Below are positions 50,348 to 51,671 of a stretch of DNA of 51,671 nucleotides, piece after piece (within the stretch, counting starts at the first letter, position 1; every line of letters starts with the position of its first letter). The DNA is from Bigelowiella natans CCMP2755 (lineage: Eukaryota > Protista > Cercozoa). The notes beneath the pieces were generated by a model. It saw nothing but the letters and a program-made list of their open reading frames with translations. It was not told the DNA's origin and made no database searches. Made by a program: the position numbers and the translations under genes. Location: assembly GCA_000320545.1 (NCBI GenBank), contig ADNK01000062.1, positions 1-51,671 of the forward strand, given 5' to 3'.

Positions 50348-51671
50348 TGTTGCGCGTAAGGTGTTCACAGGCCGAGGCGCTACGTGCACAAGTAGGCAGG
50401 GGGGGGGAAAGGCACGTTTGCTTCCTTTTGAAGAGTTGTGTTTATTTTTATTAAAGATTATATTTTTATTAAATCGTGCACTGCGTAATCATTCGCGAAG
50501 CTTTCGCGAATGCCGCCGCACGTGGGGCAGCACACTTCCGGTGTGCTGCCATGAGTCCCGCCGGAACCCACGTGCCTATGCTGTATTAATATCTACGTTA
50601 TCTATATTCTATATCCGCGACAACCCCTTTGTTGTCGCACGTGACTTGTGCCCGCGTAGTGGTACGCGCTACACCTCCCCCAAGTCACGTTGCTCCTTCC
50701 TTCCTTCCTTATTCCCTTAGACCTTCATCGCTTTCGGAACTTCACCAACCACCAGGTAATAGATTCCTCTCTAACCTTATCTCCTTTGTCGCTTACCCAG
50801 AACTCACCTTCGTCCTTAGGTTCGTGTCCATACCAGCCCTCTGCATCAAGGTCCCCCAGGACCTTATACCAGTGCTCAAAGGGTAAGTCGGGAACAGCTA
50901 GGTAGAGTAGCTGATATTTTCCGTCCTTTATTTTCATAGCTACCCTCTCCATATTTCGTAATCCAGGGTAGCCTAGATAGACAATCTTCATGCGCCAATC
51001 GTCGTTCACCCTGACCTTATTGTTTCCATATTCCACATCGAACTTAGGTCGGGGTCCTAAACAAGGCATTGCTCGCTCCCACACAGTAGGGTTTACTTTA
51101 ACATCCTCTAGGAGCTTCTCACCGATATCATAATTCTTTAGGTGACTGATGTGGCGCAAGGTGACCCTGTTCCCATCATAGATGTAGTACTGCTTCCTCC
51201 CCTTCCTCTCGGTAACCTTTGCAACGCCACCCCAGAAGGGGTCTTGTTTATTTCTCGATCTCAGATTTACCTTGGCCCTAACATACTGTCCTTCCTTTAG
51301 AACTCGGCCATCGTACGGGACCTTCTCGTCTTCGCTCTCGGTATCGTCGTCGTTGTCGTCGCCTTCTTCCCTCTCCTTATCCTTGATACCTCCCCCAGAC
51401 GTGAAGGTGTCGTTTACTAACCCTTGTATCTTGTCTGGTGTGGTGCTATTTATCCTGCTTAGGTTGGCCAAGGTGCGGTGGACTCGCTCTACCTTGGAGT
51501 TGGACTGGGCATAGTATACAGGTGAGGCATCAATATTAGGGTGTGGTAGCTGTAGAAGAGAGGTCTCATTATCCACATGTAACTTCTTTGGTATCTTGTT
51601 TATGCTAACTTCATCAGGGATAGCCTGGAGCTCAGACTCCCAGGTACGGTAGCAGTTAGTAAGCCTCTGCT
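50348..51671 (-). mobile_element. Second copy of the same Gypsy element (3' LTR 50348-50673 plus 3' end of pol; truncated by the window edge)
   Basis: Colinear with copy 1 from 27779 (offset 22569). One substitution seen (28914 G vs 51483 C; ERLH vs ERVH). The left flank TGGT is the predicted TSD. Confidence 0.96.
50725..51671 (-). CDS. Partial Gag-Pol (integrase C-terminus plus MTase-like tail) of copy 2
   Basis: Matches the C-terminal part of the 1657-aa ORF apart from one L->V change; the frame is open to the window edge. Confidence 0.93.
   Translation of the reverse strand, partial: QRLTNCYRTWESELQAIPDEVSINKIPKKLHVDNETSLLQLPHPNIDASPVYYAQSNSKVERVHRTLANLSRINSTTPDKIQGLVNDTFTSGGGIKDKEREEGDDNDDDTESEDEKVPYDGRVLKEGQYVRAKVNLRSRNKQDPFWGGVAKVTERKGRKQYYIYDGNRVTLRHISHLKNYDIGEKLLEDVKVNPTVWERAMPCLGPRPKFDVEYGNNKVRVNDDWRMKIVYLGYPGLRNMERVAMKIKDGKYQLLYLAVPDLPFEHWYKVLGDLDAEGWYGHEPKDEGEFWVSDKGDKVREESITWWLVKFRKR

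Overview
Gene-dense, intron-rich eukaryotic nuclear DNA. Bipartite signal/transit-like leaders on plastid-type proteins plus microsatellite-rich introns suggest an alga with a secondary plastid, most like a chlorarachniophyte (inference). Spliced genes reconstructed by hand: GH13 alpha-amylase, an EF-hand-like protein, YIPF1/2, a SAM-domain protein, a C2H2+AP2 factor, an active myotubularin, an SLC10/BASS symporter, a PPR-like protein and ABC1K1. There is also an intronless, bacterial-looking MRI1/mtnA, and a probable non-coding host gene carrying three intronic H/ACA snoRNAs with identifiable LSU rRNA targets. Mobile DNA: a LINE-like ORF1 at the left edge, and two near-identical young Ty3/Gypsy LTR retrotransposons (one complete, with 326-bp LTRs and an ATGT TSD) whose polyprotein ends in a degenerate DNA adenine-methyltransferase-like domain. 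The most unusual signal is a set of intergenic islands almost free of TpA except inside CTAG, rich in TpG/CpA and still CpG-rich. This fits an undescribed 'reverse-RIP' TpA->TpG/CpA hypermutation process, and both LTR copies inserted into such islands. Gene coordinates are start-to-stop spans including introns; exon boundaries were read by eye.
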